64,000 nucleotides of DNA from Promethearchaeota archaeon (GTDB lineage: Archaea; Asgardarchaeota; Lokiarchaeia; Sigyniarchaeales; SOKP01), in NCBI GenBank assembly GCA_016839765.1, contig JAEOTP010000034.1:1-64000 (forward strand). The letters run 5' to 3'. The number at the start of each line of letters is the position of its first letter. The first letter of the stretch is position 1. The notes beneath the pieces are model-generated. The model worked only from the letters and a program-made list of their open reading frames with translations, did no database searches and was not told the DNA's origin. Position numbers and translations under genes: made by a program. Positions 51,737 through 61,463 of this stretch are shown piece after piece.

Positions 51737-52519
51737 TTGGTAAAAATGTATTGCTCTCACTGTGGTATAAAAATAAAAGATACAAATCAGAAATATTGTG
51801 AAGAGTGTGGAAGTGAATTAAAGAAAAAATTTGAAAGTAAGGAATCTGAATCAAAAACAGTAAGCACTACCCCTGAACCAGAGCAACTTAAAGAAAGTGG
51901 TTTATTTAATCTAGATCGATCTTATTACTTAATCAAAGAACGGATGTGGGACATGGGATTTGGTGACATAATGGATGAGAAGGGGAAGTTAATTGGAAAG
52001 ATGAATAGGATTATTTTTAGTATTAGACGCAGGGTAGAACTTCAGGAAGTTGATGGAACAGTTGTTGCTACAATTCATAGCAAAATTCTCTCAGCTCGAG
52101 GTGCACAGGATTTAAAAGATCCCGCAGGAAATATGATTGCAAGGATAAAAAGGAAGATACTGACATTTTTCAAGCATAAATTCTATTTGGAATCGCCAGA
52201 TGGCACGAGATGGTATGAAGCTATCGGAAACTTCATGGGTTGGTCATTTAAAGTCTATGAGGTTGCTACAAATAAGTTAATCGCTGAAATTGAAAAAGCA
52301 GATAGGTGGCGGGATGTATTTCTGGGAGGCATGTTTGATTTTGCAGATACTTACGCATTGAAAATATTGGATAATGAGACTGATAGGAGAATATTACTAG
52401 GATTTGTATTATCCATAGATAATGTTCTGCATGATACAGCGGGAATGGGCCCAGGTTTCAGACCTGGTCCAGTTTGGCGAGGCCCCTATCGCAGGGGTAG
52501 ATTTCCTAGACCACTCTAG
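51737..52519 (+). CDS. Zinc ribbon + LURP-one/scramblase (Tubby-C-like) domain protein
   Basis: YCSHCG...YCEECG, repeated D..G..I/VA.I...I.S beta-hairpins, DTY.L.I...D..ILLG....ID closing helix, Gly/Pro/Arg tail. Confidence 0.75.
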   Translation: MVKMYCSHCGIKIKDTNQKYCEECGSELKKKFESKESESKTVSTTPEPEQLKESGLFNLDRSYYLIKERMWDMGFGDIMDEKGKLIGKMNRIIFSIRRRVELQEVDGTVVATIHSKILSARGAQDLKDPAGNMIARIKRKILTFFKHKFYLESPDGTRWYEAIGNFMGWSFKVYEVATNKLIAEIEKADRWRDVFLGGMFDFADTYALKILDNETDRRILLGFVLSIDNVLHDTAGMGPGFRPGPVWRGPYRRGRFPRPL

Positions 52520-52769
52520 ACTTTTTTTAACGTTATTCTGAAAAAGTTAGATACCTTTTAAAATAATTAATTTGAATTACTTATAAGAAGTCATTAAGGA
52601 TAAAATATTATTGAATAATGAATAATAACAATTTTGCCATAAATCCAATTTAATCGATTAAATAAATTTTTATTTAAGTAATTTTATATTTTGGTAAATT
52701 GAACATACTATTAAAGTAATCTATTTCATAATATCGTTTCAAACGAATATTAGAATTTGGTAATAAGTT

Positions 52770-53636
52770 ATGGCAGAAGCATACGATGAGTTCATTGTAT
52801 TTGATTTAGAGAATACAGGAGAACGTAGAAAACTTAAAATAAATCAAGAAGAACTTCAGGATCATTTAAATCCCGAGCAAGTGCTTATTATTGTTCGTGA
52901 AGATTTAAGGAGAATATATATTTGGAAAGGTTCTAAATCTCCCGTAAGAAAACGTTTTATTAGTTCAAAAGTTGCCCAAGAATTGCAGAAAGAACTTACG
53001 CATGATCCTCGTTATCATAGATGTAAAATAGTATCTATTGACCAAGGGGATGAATTACAAGAATTTCTTAATGCATTTCGCTTAGAATCGATGATAGTAG
53101 AAGAACGATTACCAGATATGCATTATATTAGAAATATTGAAAGGGAAAAACTAAAAGAAGCTGAGCGTCTTGTTAAAGAGAAAGGAATGAGAACGGTAGA
53201 ACTTGAGAAAGAATATTTTTCTCCAGGATTGGTAGATAGTAATAGTGACGTAGTCATATCTTCCTTCGCTATGGGTAGTCCAATAGCGAAAGCTAAATCA
53301 TCTCAAAAGGCAAGTTCTTTTTTAGCTAGGCGATCTTTTGGATTCTCAGAAGAAGAAAAACAAAAAATTAAAGAAAAAATTTTAGATTTGAAAATTCCTG
53401 AAAACTATGTGAGACAAAACTTAATTTTAGGACATACACTTTATGGAGCAGTTTCTAAAGTAACAGATGTATTTGGGAAAAATGTGGTTGATATTGTATG
53501 GGAAGAAGTTAAAAAGGTACCTAAAGGTGTAATGGAATTGGATAATAATAAATTTAGAGTATATTTTGATGAAAAAAAAGGTATAGTAGAAGCTGTTGAG
53601 GTATTAAAGGAAAAGGAAACTCCAAAACAAAATTAA
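52770..53636 (+). CDS. Gelsolin-domain protein (single gelsolin domain plus additional domain)
   Basis: L.PEQVLII...IYIWKG.KS....RF.....A..L....IVSIDQGDE..EF...F gelsolin repeat signature. Confidence 0.8.
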   Translation: MAEAYDEFIVFDLENTGERRKLKINQEELQDHLNPEQVLIIVREDLRRIYIWKGSKSPVRKRFISSKVAQELQKELTHDPRYHRCKIVSIDQGDELQEFLNAFRLESMIVEERLPDMHYIRNIEREKLKEAERLVKEKGMRTVELEKEYFSPGLVDSNSDVVISSFAMGSPIAKAKSSQKASSFLARRSFGFSEEEKQKIKEKILDLKIPENYVRQNLILGHTLYGAVSKVTDVFGKNVVDIVWEEVKKVPKGVMELDNNKFRVYFDEKKGIVEAVEVLKEKETPKQN

Positions 53637-53782
53637 AATCAACCATCTAAACAAAAAGAGGAATAAGCAGAGTTAGATAAGAAATCAAACAAAAGAAAGA
53701 GATCAACGCCAATTAAATGACAATTACCGAAAATTCTTATCGCTAGGAATTAACTTATTTAAAAAAATATAATTATAGAGAT

Positions 53783-54535
53783 TTATAAGCTATAGAAATC
53801 ATTATCTTCAGGTTCTATTTCCTTAAGAGGCTGTTCTTCAGGTTTTTCATCTTCAAATTCTTCGATTTCAGGTTCTTCATCTTCAAATTCTTCGATTTCA
53901 GGTTCTTCATCTTCAGATTCTTCGATTTCAGGTTCTTTATCTTCGGGTTCTTCGATTAGTTTATGTTCTATTTCTGGCTCTATCTTTCTTTCATAATCAA
54001 CTCTTTTCTCGAGCTGTTCTTTAGGTTTATTCATCTTTTTTATTTTTTTTAATCCTTCTATTGCCTCTTTTCTAACAATAGGACTTCTATCTTTTAGGGC
54101 TTTAGTTAATATATCAATAGAAATAGGATTATGTTTATTTCCTAATTCATCCGCAGCCTCTTTCCTTACCAAAGCATCAACATCGTTTAAGAGGATATAA
54201 GTTAAAATGCCAAGTACCTCAGATTCTCCTAAATCTCCAATTGTATCAACAGCGTCTCTCCGAACGTCTGCATTTGGATCTGTCAATGCTGTTTTTGCTA
54301 ATTCTATTAAAGTTCTATCTGAATCTCCTAAGGGTATAATACTACTTAAATCGACTCCACAGAATTTACAAAAATTATGATTAATTTTAATAACTTTTCC
54401 ACATATAGGGCAAATACGGTTAAGTTCAAAATCAATAGGGTTATCCTTTGGTTTCATCGGTTTTGGTGTATTTGTGGGAGGATTTCTTACTCTATAAGGA
54501 TTTTCTCCCGATGGAGGATTATAATTTCTACCCAT
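53783..54535 (-). CDS. Double zinc ribbon + HEAT repeats + acidic repeat tail
   Basis: CPICG...FCKFCG; D...VR..A...LG HEAT units; EPEIEEFED repeats. Confidence 0.8.
   Translation of the reverse strand: MGRNYNPPSGENPYRVRNPPTNTPKPMKPKDNPIDFELNRICPICGKVIKINHNFCKFCGVDLSSIIPLGDSDRTLIELAKTALTDPNADVRRDAVDTIGDLGESEVLGILTYILLNDVDALVRKEAADELGNKHNPISIDILTKALKDRSPIVRKEAIEGLKKIKKMNKPKEQLEKRVDYERKIEPEIEHKLIEEPEDKEPEIEESEDEEPEIEEFEDEEPEIEEFEDEKPEEQPLKEIEPEDNDFYSL
53834..53957 (-). repeat. 30-nt coding tandem repeat (about 3.5-4 copies; EEPEIEE(F/S)ED)
   Basis: TTCTTCGATTTCAGGTTCTTCATCTTCA(A/G)A repeated at 30-nt period on the + strand. Confidence 0.9.
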
Positions 54536-54691
54536 TTTTTATTATCTCACTTTTAATGAATATCTTTATCTTCTTTTAACTTATGATATATATGAATTAG
54601 ACACTTAATTAAGTTATTGTAGTCCAATGTTTATTTGAAAATCTAATAAAATAGAAAATAAAAAGTGAAAAAATTTTATAATTAGGCTTTC

Positions 54692-55753
54692 TCATGCAAT
54701 AGTTATATCTTTACATAAATATACATCTTGAACAGCATTTAAAATTTTAATTCCTTCATGGGTTGGTTTTTTAAATGCTTTTCTGCCTAGGATAAGTCCC
54801 ATACCACCAGAACGTTTATTAATGACAGCTGCTTTGACAGCATCTTGAAGATCATTCCCTCCTGATTCACCACCAGAATTAATTAACCCTACCCGCCCCA
54901 TATAACAATTAGCAATTTGATATCGATTCCACTCTAAAGGATGATCTTTAGCTAGTTTTTCATACACTAGTTTATCTGTTTTACCAAATTTAAGATCAAG
55001 AAAACCTCTACTAGTCGTAGAAATTTTTTGTTTTATAATATCAGCTTCAATTGTAACACCAATATGATTTGCTTGGGCTTCTAAATCATTTGCGGTATGA
55101 TAATCTTTTCCATCTTTGACAAATTCTTCTTTATTTCTTAAGTAACACCATAAAACACATACTAATCCGAGTTCATGGGCATATCTAAACGCCTCACTTA
55201 TCTCTTGAATTTGTCGACGTGCCTCTAATGAGCCAAAGTAAATGGTAGCGCCAACAGCCGCAGCTCCCATTGCCCATGCTTGATCCACATTAGCAAATAG
55301 TGTTTGATCTGAAATTTCTGGTTTTGTTAATAATTCATTGTGATTAATTTTTACTATATTGGGGATTTTTCGGGCATATTTTCGACTCATTATACCTAAA
55401 ACTCCAAGAGTAGAAGCTATAGCATTGCACCCTCCATCAATAGCTAGCTTTATAATATTCTCTGGATCAAAATAAGAGGGATTTATAGCAAAACTAGCTG
55501 AAGCACTATGTTCAATACCTTGATCAACTGGTAAGACGGAGAGATACCCTGTTCCTGCTAATCTACCTCGTTGGTTCAACAAACGTTCCATATTTCCCAG
55601 TACAATATTATTGCGATCGGAATGTTCCCATACTCTTTCAATAAAGTCTGGACCAGGGGTATAAATCATATTCTTTGGAATTCCAGTACAACTATAACTC
55701 AATAATTCATCTGCTTCTGGTCCAAGTAGATCTTTTATTTCGTTAAAATTCAT
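54692..55753 (-). CDS. fbaB: Class I fructose-bisphosphate aldolase (FbaB/DhnA long type)
   Basis: [43 protein letters not shown] (Schiff-base Lys), INSGG, GRKAF. Confidence 0.93.
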   Translation of the reverse strand: MNFNEIKDLLGPEADELLSYSCTGIPKNMIYTPGPDFIERVWEHSDRNNIVLGNMERLLNQRGRLAGTGYLSVLPVDQGIEHSASASFAINPSYFDPENIIKLAIDGGCNAIASTLGVLGIMSRKYARKIPNIVKINHNELLTKPEISDQTLFANVDQAWAMGAAAVGATIYFGSLEARRQIQEISEAFRYAHELGLVCVLWCYLRNKEEFVKDGKDYHTANDLEAQANHIGVTIEADIIKQKISTTSRGFLDLKFGKTDKLVYEKLAKDHPLEWNRYQIANCYMGRVGLINSGGESGGNDLQDAVKAAVINKRSGGMGLILGRKAFKKPTHEGIKILNAVQDVYLCKDITIA

Positions 55754-55837
55754 TATAATATCATCTGATTTAAATTTAAATTGATTTTTATGAATTAAAG
55801 TCTAAAAGTTTTTCTTAATTGATATTTTTTATCACAC

Positions 55838-56161
55838 GTGACAGATTTTAAAAATTCTGAAACCGTAGAAGAGATATGCAAAACACTTGATGGAAATAGA
55901 TATTATCATGATCTCTATTTGAAGGCTGTTAATCATCCAATCAGAAGAAAAATTCTTAAGATCATAAATAAATCGAATAATATTTCAAGAAGTAAATTAT
56001 TTGAATTATTATCAGAAAATCAAGTAATAAATGATATATCTGTTCTTGATTATAACATGGCTTTTTTAATAAAGGCATTATGTATTGAAAAAGAAGTAAT
56101 AAATGAAGAAATATTTTATAGTATTACCCAATCTGGGAAAGTTATTGAATTTCTTAAATAA
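55838..56161 (+). CDS. Winged-helix (ArsR-like) protein
   Basis: KAV.HPIRRKIL...L.Y....L......Y.IT..G. Confidence 0.7.
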   Translation: MTDFKNSETVEEICKTLDGNRYYHDLYLKAVNHPIRRKILKIINKSNNISRSKLFELLSENQVINDISVLDYNMAFLIKALCIEKEVINEEIFYSITQSGKVIEFLK

Positions 56162-56175
56162 AATGTTTTTGAACT

Positions 56176-56631
56176 CTAAAATTCTTTTAAATATTTTTTA
56201 TAGCAATTACAACAAGGAATTCCAAAATTTAAATTTAAATTACTAAGCTTAGAATCATTATAGTCAATGATACGGACAAGTATTTCTCTGATATTGTCCA
56301 ATTTTTCATTGAAGTAGAATTTCTTTAAATTAGAATAGTGATTAGTCTTTTTACATATTGGACATATAGAGTAGTATTCAATAAAGTTAAAAAATAATTT
56401 TTTCTCTTGTTTATTTAAAGACTCTAACTTTAAATCTGGATTATTAATAATTATTTCTTTTAAATGATTTAATTCCTCAAGCATCTCATCCCGTAAAAGA
56501 TTTGAGCGCCTTAGAGGGGACTTTATAGATTTTTTTGTTTTACTATAATCGAAATCATCTAAATATTCTAAAGCTTCATTGAAGAATATTAAATTGTTTT
56601 TTCTTACTCTTTTAATTTTATCTTCAGTCAT
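56176..56631 (-). CDS. Hypothetical zinc-binding protein
   Basis: CPIC...GIPCCNC. Confidence 0.65.
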   Translation of the reverse strand: MTEDKIKRVRKNNLIFFNEALEYLDDFDYSKTKKSIKSPLRRSNLLRDEMLEELNHLKEIIINNPDLKLESLNKQEKKLFFNFIEYYSICPICKKTNHYSNLKKFYFNEKLDNIREILVRIIDYNDSKLSNLNLNFGIPCCNCYKKYLKEF

Positions 56632-56747
56632 TCTATCAGATAATCACAAGTCAGTAGTTATTTTATATCTAAGGGATCTAGTATAATTTCATTTTAAAAT
56701 TTATATTATAACTAGCTTAACTTTTTTTCTTAAAAAAAGTGTTCATT

Positions 56748-58031
56748 TTAAATAAAATGAAAGCTTTTTTCCTTTCGAGAAAAAATATCTTCTTTTTTGG
56801 TATCCTTCAGTCTTCTGATATCCATTACTTTTGAGGACGCAAAATATTCAAAATCAAAATCTACTTCATCACCACTTTCCCTACCAGGGATCGGCATTAA
56901 TCGCGCAGTTAAAGGTTTATCAAATTTAACTGAAATAGTAGAGAGATCTAGTAAAATATAAAATAATTCTTTTTGAGTAATATTTCCAGGTAAAGGAACA
57001 CAGTCAAGACCTGTTCCACAGATTGTTGCATATAAGAGAAGAGTATCTAAATCAAATTTATTTTCTGAGAGACTCTGAGAAATAGCAAAGTCTTCTAAAA
57101 CAGAGGGCATAAATCCAGAAAAGCCAATTACTTTCTCTTTTCTTGGAATTGCATTTTTAATTAATGCAACTCCAATTAATGAGCCATGAGCTCCAAAATA
57201 TTCATATCCTAGTTTTTCAAAAGCAGTACCTATACTTTTTTCAATGGTTGGATAAGGTGCTGGAGAAAAATCAATTCCATGAAATTCAATATTATATTTT
57301 TTTGGTATTTCCTCACAAATTACTGTTAGATCATTGTAAATTTCATTGAACTTTCTTCTAAGATTCATTTGAGCTTCTTCTAATGTTTTGGAATTCTCAA
57401 AAACAGAAACTACTTCATCTGCCATTTCAAGAGCAAGGCCAAATGAGGGCCTTTCAGCTATGTGATATGCCGCAGGGAAGAAAGGAGTATCTGGAGTAAC
57501 ATTAGAACTTACACAAAATTTTAAATTGTTAAAAGGATCAGGTTCAGAGAGACTTTTTATAATTTTAGCAGCAGATCTTAAAGCAGATAAATTTATTCCG
57601 TGATCTCTTGACGCAACTTGTAATGAAGTAAAAAATTTTTCCTTTCGTTTAATAAATTGAGGAACTTCATTTAAAAAGAGCTTTTCATACACTCCATATT
57701 TTTGTATTTGAATATCAGCGAGAACCGTACAAGCTGCAAAATAATCAATTTCATATTCTTTTATTAATCTCTCAATTATACTTAACTGATCATGAATTCG
57801 TGTTAATGTCTCATTTAAATTTTTTTCATATACTTGTTGTTCATAAGATAAAATTGGTTGGGAGCATAAGCGCTTAGTTTGAACTTCAATATTTACATCG
57901 TTAAATTTCTTCGTTAATTCACTATTTAGTGAGTAAAATGCTTCAAGTTTTCCTTCTAATATATTTTCTAAAACTTTATCTTCTGCTAAAAAAGGTATTT
58001 TTTGACCAATTGTAATTGCTCGAATCTTCAT
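56748..58031 (-). CDS. DUF711 (UPF0210) family protein
   Basis: MKIRAITIG, VQTKR, TPFFPAAYH, GIDFSPAP, GFSG.M..V.ED, CGTGLD.VPLPG, KPL.ARLMP.PG. Confidence 0.88.
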   Translation of the reverse strand: MKIRAITIGQKIPFLAEDKVLENILEGKLEAFYSLNSELTKKFNDVNIEVQTKRLCSQPILSYEQQVYEKNLNETLTRIHDQLSIIERLIKEYEIDYFAACTVLADIQIQKYGVYEKLFLNEVPQFIKRKEKFFTSLQVASRDHGINLSALRSAAKIIKSLSEPDPFNNLKFCVSSNVTPDTPFFPAAYHIAERPSFGLALEMADEVVSVFENSKTLEEAQMNLRRKFNEIYNDLTVICEEIPKKYNIEFHGIDFSPAPYPTIEKSIGTAFEKLGYEYFGAHGSLIGVALIKNAIPRKEKVIGFSGFMPSVLEDFAISQSLSENKFDLDTLLLYATICGTGLDCVPLPGNITQKELFYILLDLSTISVKFDKPLTARLMPIPGRESGDEVDFDFEYFASSKVMDIRRLKDTKKEDIFSRKEKSFHFI

Positions 58032-58196
58032 TTTGTATTAATTTAACAAAATATAATTATTTATTTTTAACTGATGTAATTATAAAGAACACTATTTAAT
58101 AAGATTTATAGGATTAATTATTAAATATTATAAAACTAATTGTAAAAGTTTTTTATTCAAAAGAATGATGTTATCCAGATTTTAAACTAAATAAAT

Positions 58197-60596
58197 TTAT
58201 AGCTCGTCCAATTTAGCTTTTTCTTTAATTAATTCCTCTTTCATCCTAGGTTTCGTAAATTCTCCAGGTTTTATTGGCCCTAATTCTTCTAATTCCTTTT
58301 TAAAATCTGTTATGACACGAGCAAATTTTTCACCCTCGCCAGCAGATATACTTGTGATTTTAACACGTTTTTCATGAATACCAGTTTGACCCAACATCTC
58401 TTTGATACTGCCATATCGAGTTTTTGTTTTAAGAAAACCAGTATCATAATGACAATCTTGCTCGTAACATCCAGCAATTAACACTCCATCAGCACCCAAA
58501 AAGAATCCTTCAAAAATTAAAGCAGGATCTAACATTGCAGTACACATGACATGAATTACACGTATATTTGAAGGGTATATTATTTTACTTGTTCCGGCGA
58601 GATCTGCCCCAATATAGGAACACCAATTACATAAAAAGGCTAATATTAAAGGATAATCACTTTTTTCTTTACTTAAAACCGTCCTTATCTGGGTAGATAT
58701 CTGGCTTTTCTTAAATCCTGGAATATAGAGAGCATCACTATGACACATTGCTGCACATGCACCACAACCTGAACAATTAGCTTGAGTAAGTTTTAATTCG
58801 TTTCCTTCTATTTTTATAGCATTGTAAACACAAATCTGTTCGCATAATCTGCATAAATCGCAATTTTCAACATTAAAATAGACTATATGAGGATCGAGTT
58901 CCACATTACCTTTAGAAATTAAGGCAATTGCTTTTGCAGCAGCGCTTTCTGCTTGTGCTATACTGTTTGGAATATCTTTTGGACCTTGAATTGCACCAGC
59001 TAAAAAGATTCCATTTACCGATGTTTCAGACGGTTTAATTTTTAAATGTTTCTCAAGTAAAAAGCCATATGAATCCTGTGAAATGTTTAAAATCTTACTT
59101 AATTTATCAGTTCCGTCTGCAGGTTCCATTCCTACTGCTAAAACAACTAAATCGGTTTCATTTTCGAATAGCTTTCCTTCAATTACATCTTCACCTCGTA
59201 TCAGCAACTTACCTTCTTCTGAGAGATCGCCTTTTAAGATAGCAGATATACTACTCTTTATAAATCTAATTCCAAATTCTTCACGAGCTCTATTGTAAAA
59301 TTCTTCACAGTTTTTTCCTACAGCTCTTATATCATTATAATAAATAGAGACTTTGATCTCTGGGTGTTCTTTTTTCAATAAAATTGCTTCCTTTATAGCT
59401 AGATTACAACAAACTTGGCTACAATAATCATGATGGATAACTTGATTTCGAGATCCAACACATAATACAAATGATACCTTACTTGGAAATTTTCCATTTG
59501 ATGGTCTAACAACTCTGCCTCGTGTGGGACCATCATTATTAAGTAAACGTTCCATTTGCATCGTCGTAATCACATCCGCATATTTATCATAATTAAGTTC
59601 TCCAAGTAGATTAGGGTTAAATGTTTTAAATCCTGTTGCTACGATAATGGATCCAACTTTAATTGTTAATTCCTCTTCTTTTTGGTCAAAATCAATAGCA
59701 TCTCTATCACATGCTTGAGCACATGCTTTACATCCGATACAATATTCTTCCATAATATTTGGATAGAGCGGAATTGCTTGTGGATATGAAATATCAATAG
59801 CTTTTCTTGGGAAAAATGTATCCTCTACATCGATTGGGCAAACATCCCTACAAATATTAAAACAACCTACACAATTTTCCTCAACAATGAATCGAGGCTT
59901 TTTGGTGATGGTCACATCAAAATTTCCTACATAACCTTCCACATTCTTTATTTCAGAATAAGTATAAAGCTCTATATTGGGATGATCATTTACCTCACTC
60001 ATTAAAGGTCCTAAAATACAAATACTACAATCTAAAGTTGGAAAAGTTTTATCAAAAAGAGCCATATGACCACCTATAGTTAAATCTCTCTCCACTAGAT
60101 ATACTTTATATCCGGCTTCTGCAATAACTAAGGCTGCTTTTATTCCTGCGATACCGCCTCCAATTATTAAAGTAGAAGGTGTAATCCTCGAATATTGAAC
60201 TTCTAATGGCTCTAAAAGCTTGACTTGCTCAATTGCCATGTGTATTTGATCAATTGCTTTTCTAGTTGCTTTTTCGGGCTCATTGCTATGTACCCACGAA
60301 TTTTGCTCTCGAATATTAGCAAACGAAATAAGAAATCGATTTATACCGGCCTTTTCAATTGTTTTTCTGAATAATAATCCATGCAATTTAAATGAACAAG
60401 CGGCAATTACAATACGATCAATCTTATTCTCCTTTATTTTTTCAATAATCTTGTTTAAGCCTACCTCAGAACATAAATATTGATCCCCAATCACATATAC
60501 ATCTGGAAATTTACTGAAATGGTCAATTAACTTGTTATTATCAATAACTCCACTAATATTTTTTCCACAATCACATATATATAATCCAATTTTCAA
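58197..60596 (-). CDS. hdrA: Heterodisulfide reductase subunit A fused to MvhD
   Basis: GLYIC.CG.NI, NIREQ.SWVH, GGGIAG, KTFPTLDCSIC, CVGSR..CSQVCC, GPKDIP, ferredoxin motifs; C-terminal MvhD (FLCNWCSY.GAD.AG, VMC, GADGV...GC...DCHY). Confidence 0.95.
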   Translation of the reverse strand: MKIGLYICDCGKNISGVIDNNKLIDHFSKFPDVYVIGDQYLCSEVGLNKIIEKIKENKIDRIVIAACSFKLHGLLFRKTIEKAGINRFLISFANIREQNSWVHSNEPEKATRKAIDQIHMAIEQVKLLEPLEVQYSRITPSTLIIGGGIAGIKAALVIAEAGYKVYLVERDLTIGGHMALFDKTFPTLDCSICILGPLMSEVNDHPNIELYTYSEIKNVEGYVGNFDVTITKKPRFIVEENCVGCFNICRDVCPIDVEDTFFPRKAIDISYPQAIPLYPNIMEEYCIGCKACAQACDRDAIDFDQKEEELTIKVGSIIVATGFKTFNPNLLGELNYDKYADVITTMQMERLLNNDGPTRGRVVRPSNGKFPSKVSFVLCVGSRNQVIHHDYCSQVCCNLAIKEAILLKKEHPEIKVSIYYNDIRAVGKNCEEFYNRAREEFGIRFIKSSISAILKGDLSEEGKLLIRGEDVIEGKLFENETDLVVLAVGMEPADGTDKLSKILNISQDSYGFLLEKHLKIKPSETSVNGIFLAGAIQGPKDIPNSIAQAESAAAKAIALISKGNVELDPHIVYFNVENCDLCRLCEQICVYNAIKIEGNELKLTQANCSGCGACAAMCHSDALYIPGFKKSQISTQIRTVLSKEKSDYPLILAFLCNWCSYIGADLAGTSKIIYPSNIRVIHVMCTAMLDPALIFEGFFLGADGVLIAGCYEQDCHYDTGFLKTKTRYGSIKEMLGQTGIHEKRVKITSISAGEGEKFARVITDFKKELEELGPIKPGEFTKPRMKEELIKEKAKLDEL

Positions 60597-60741
60597 TTTA
60601 GAACCACTTAATACCGATGAATTTACGCAAGCTTATGAGTAATATAAAAATGAGTATCTATTAATTATTGCTAATTAGTAATGTAAGATAATTTTAACTT
60701 TTCCCAAATATAAAGAAATTTTAGAGACTGCTTATTATTTA

Positions 60742-61350
60742 TTAAGATAGTTTTTTAGCATTTTCAACCATTTCTTTAGGGAGAAAAGGATAAACCTTTA
60801 TTATATCAAAATTATGTTTTTTCAGTTCTAAGAAATATTCCTTTTCTATTTTATATTCTTTTCTTGCCCATTCTAAGATTTCGCTTCTCGTATAAAATCT
60901 CCCTTTTAATAACCGTAATCCTGGGCACTTTTTTGAATAGTTAGTCAAGTTCTTTTTGTTAGTAACCATCATTTTCCAAAATGGGAAACATCTGCATTGA
61001 AAAGGTCGCGCTTCATGAACGGTACATATATTATCGATTAAAAAATGACAATGCTCATCATCTCCCGTAAATTTAAATCCCAAAGTGTTAAATTTATACG
61101 TTTTCCCTCTTGTTTCTTCTGGACTTTTCCAAAACAAAGTATCTTTAATCACTTTTAGATACTGTTTTGCAAATGATCTCAGTCCATTTTCTCCCTTTAA
61201 ACGAAGATGATTTGCTAATCTTACTATATCCTCTTTATAAAGATAAACCTCGCCTTCTTTAAACCCTCTACAACAATCTCCGCACATTTGACAAGAGAAC
61301 TCAATACCATTTTCTAGAAACTTTGATAACTTTATCTCTGCGGATGTCAA
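60742..61350 (-). CDS. YkgJ (CxxCxxCC) Fe-S/Zn cluster protein
   Basis: F.CQMCGDCC, C.FL...C.VH..RP.QCR.FPFW, CPG. Confidence 0.9.
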   Translation of the reverse strand: MTSAEIKLSKFLENGIEFSCQMCGDCCRGFKEGEVYLYKEDIVRLANHLRLKGENGLRSFAKQYLKVIKDTLFWKSPEETRGKTYKFNTLGFKFTGDDEHCHFLIDNICTVHEARPFQCRCFPFWKMMVTNKKNLTNYSKKCPGLRLLKGRFYTRSEILEWARKEYKIEKEYFLELKKHNFDIIKVYPFLPKEMVENAKKLS

Positions 61351-61463
61351 AGTAAACTTAATTCATATAAAAATTAATTCTAATTAATACATAAATATAG
61401 GAAAAATAAATTTAAAATTAAATATTAATTCATTGATTATTTACACAATAAGGAGTTAAGCTA

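Noticed and set aside
53834-53957. CRISPR array
   Set aside because: The 30-nt units are contiguous with no unique spacers and encode an in-frame acidic peptide repeat.
58197-60596. Selenocysteine recoding in HdrA/MvhD
   Set aside because: The ORF is uninterrupted and the relevant motifs use Cys (LDCSIC, CNWC, GC...DCHY). There is no in-frame TGA.
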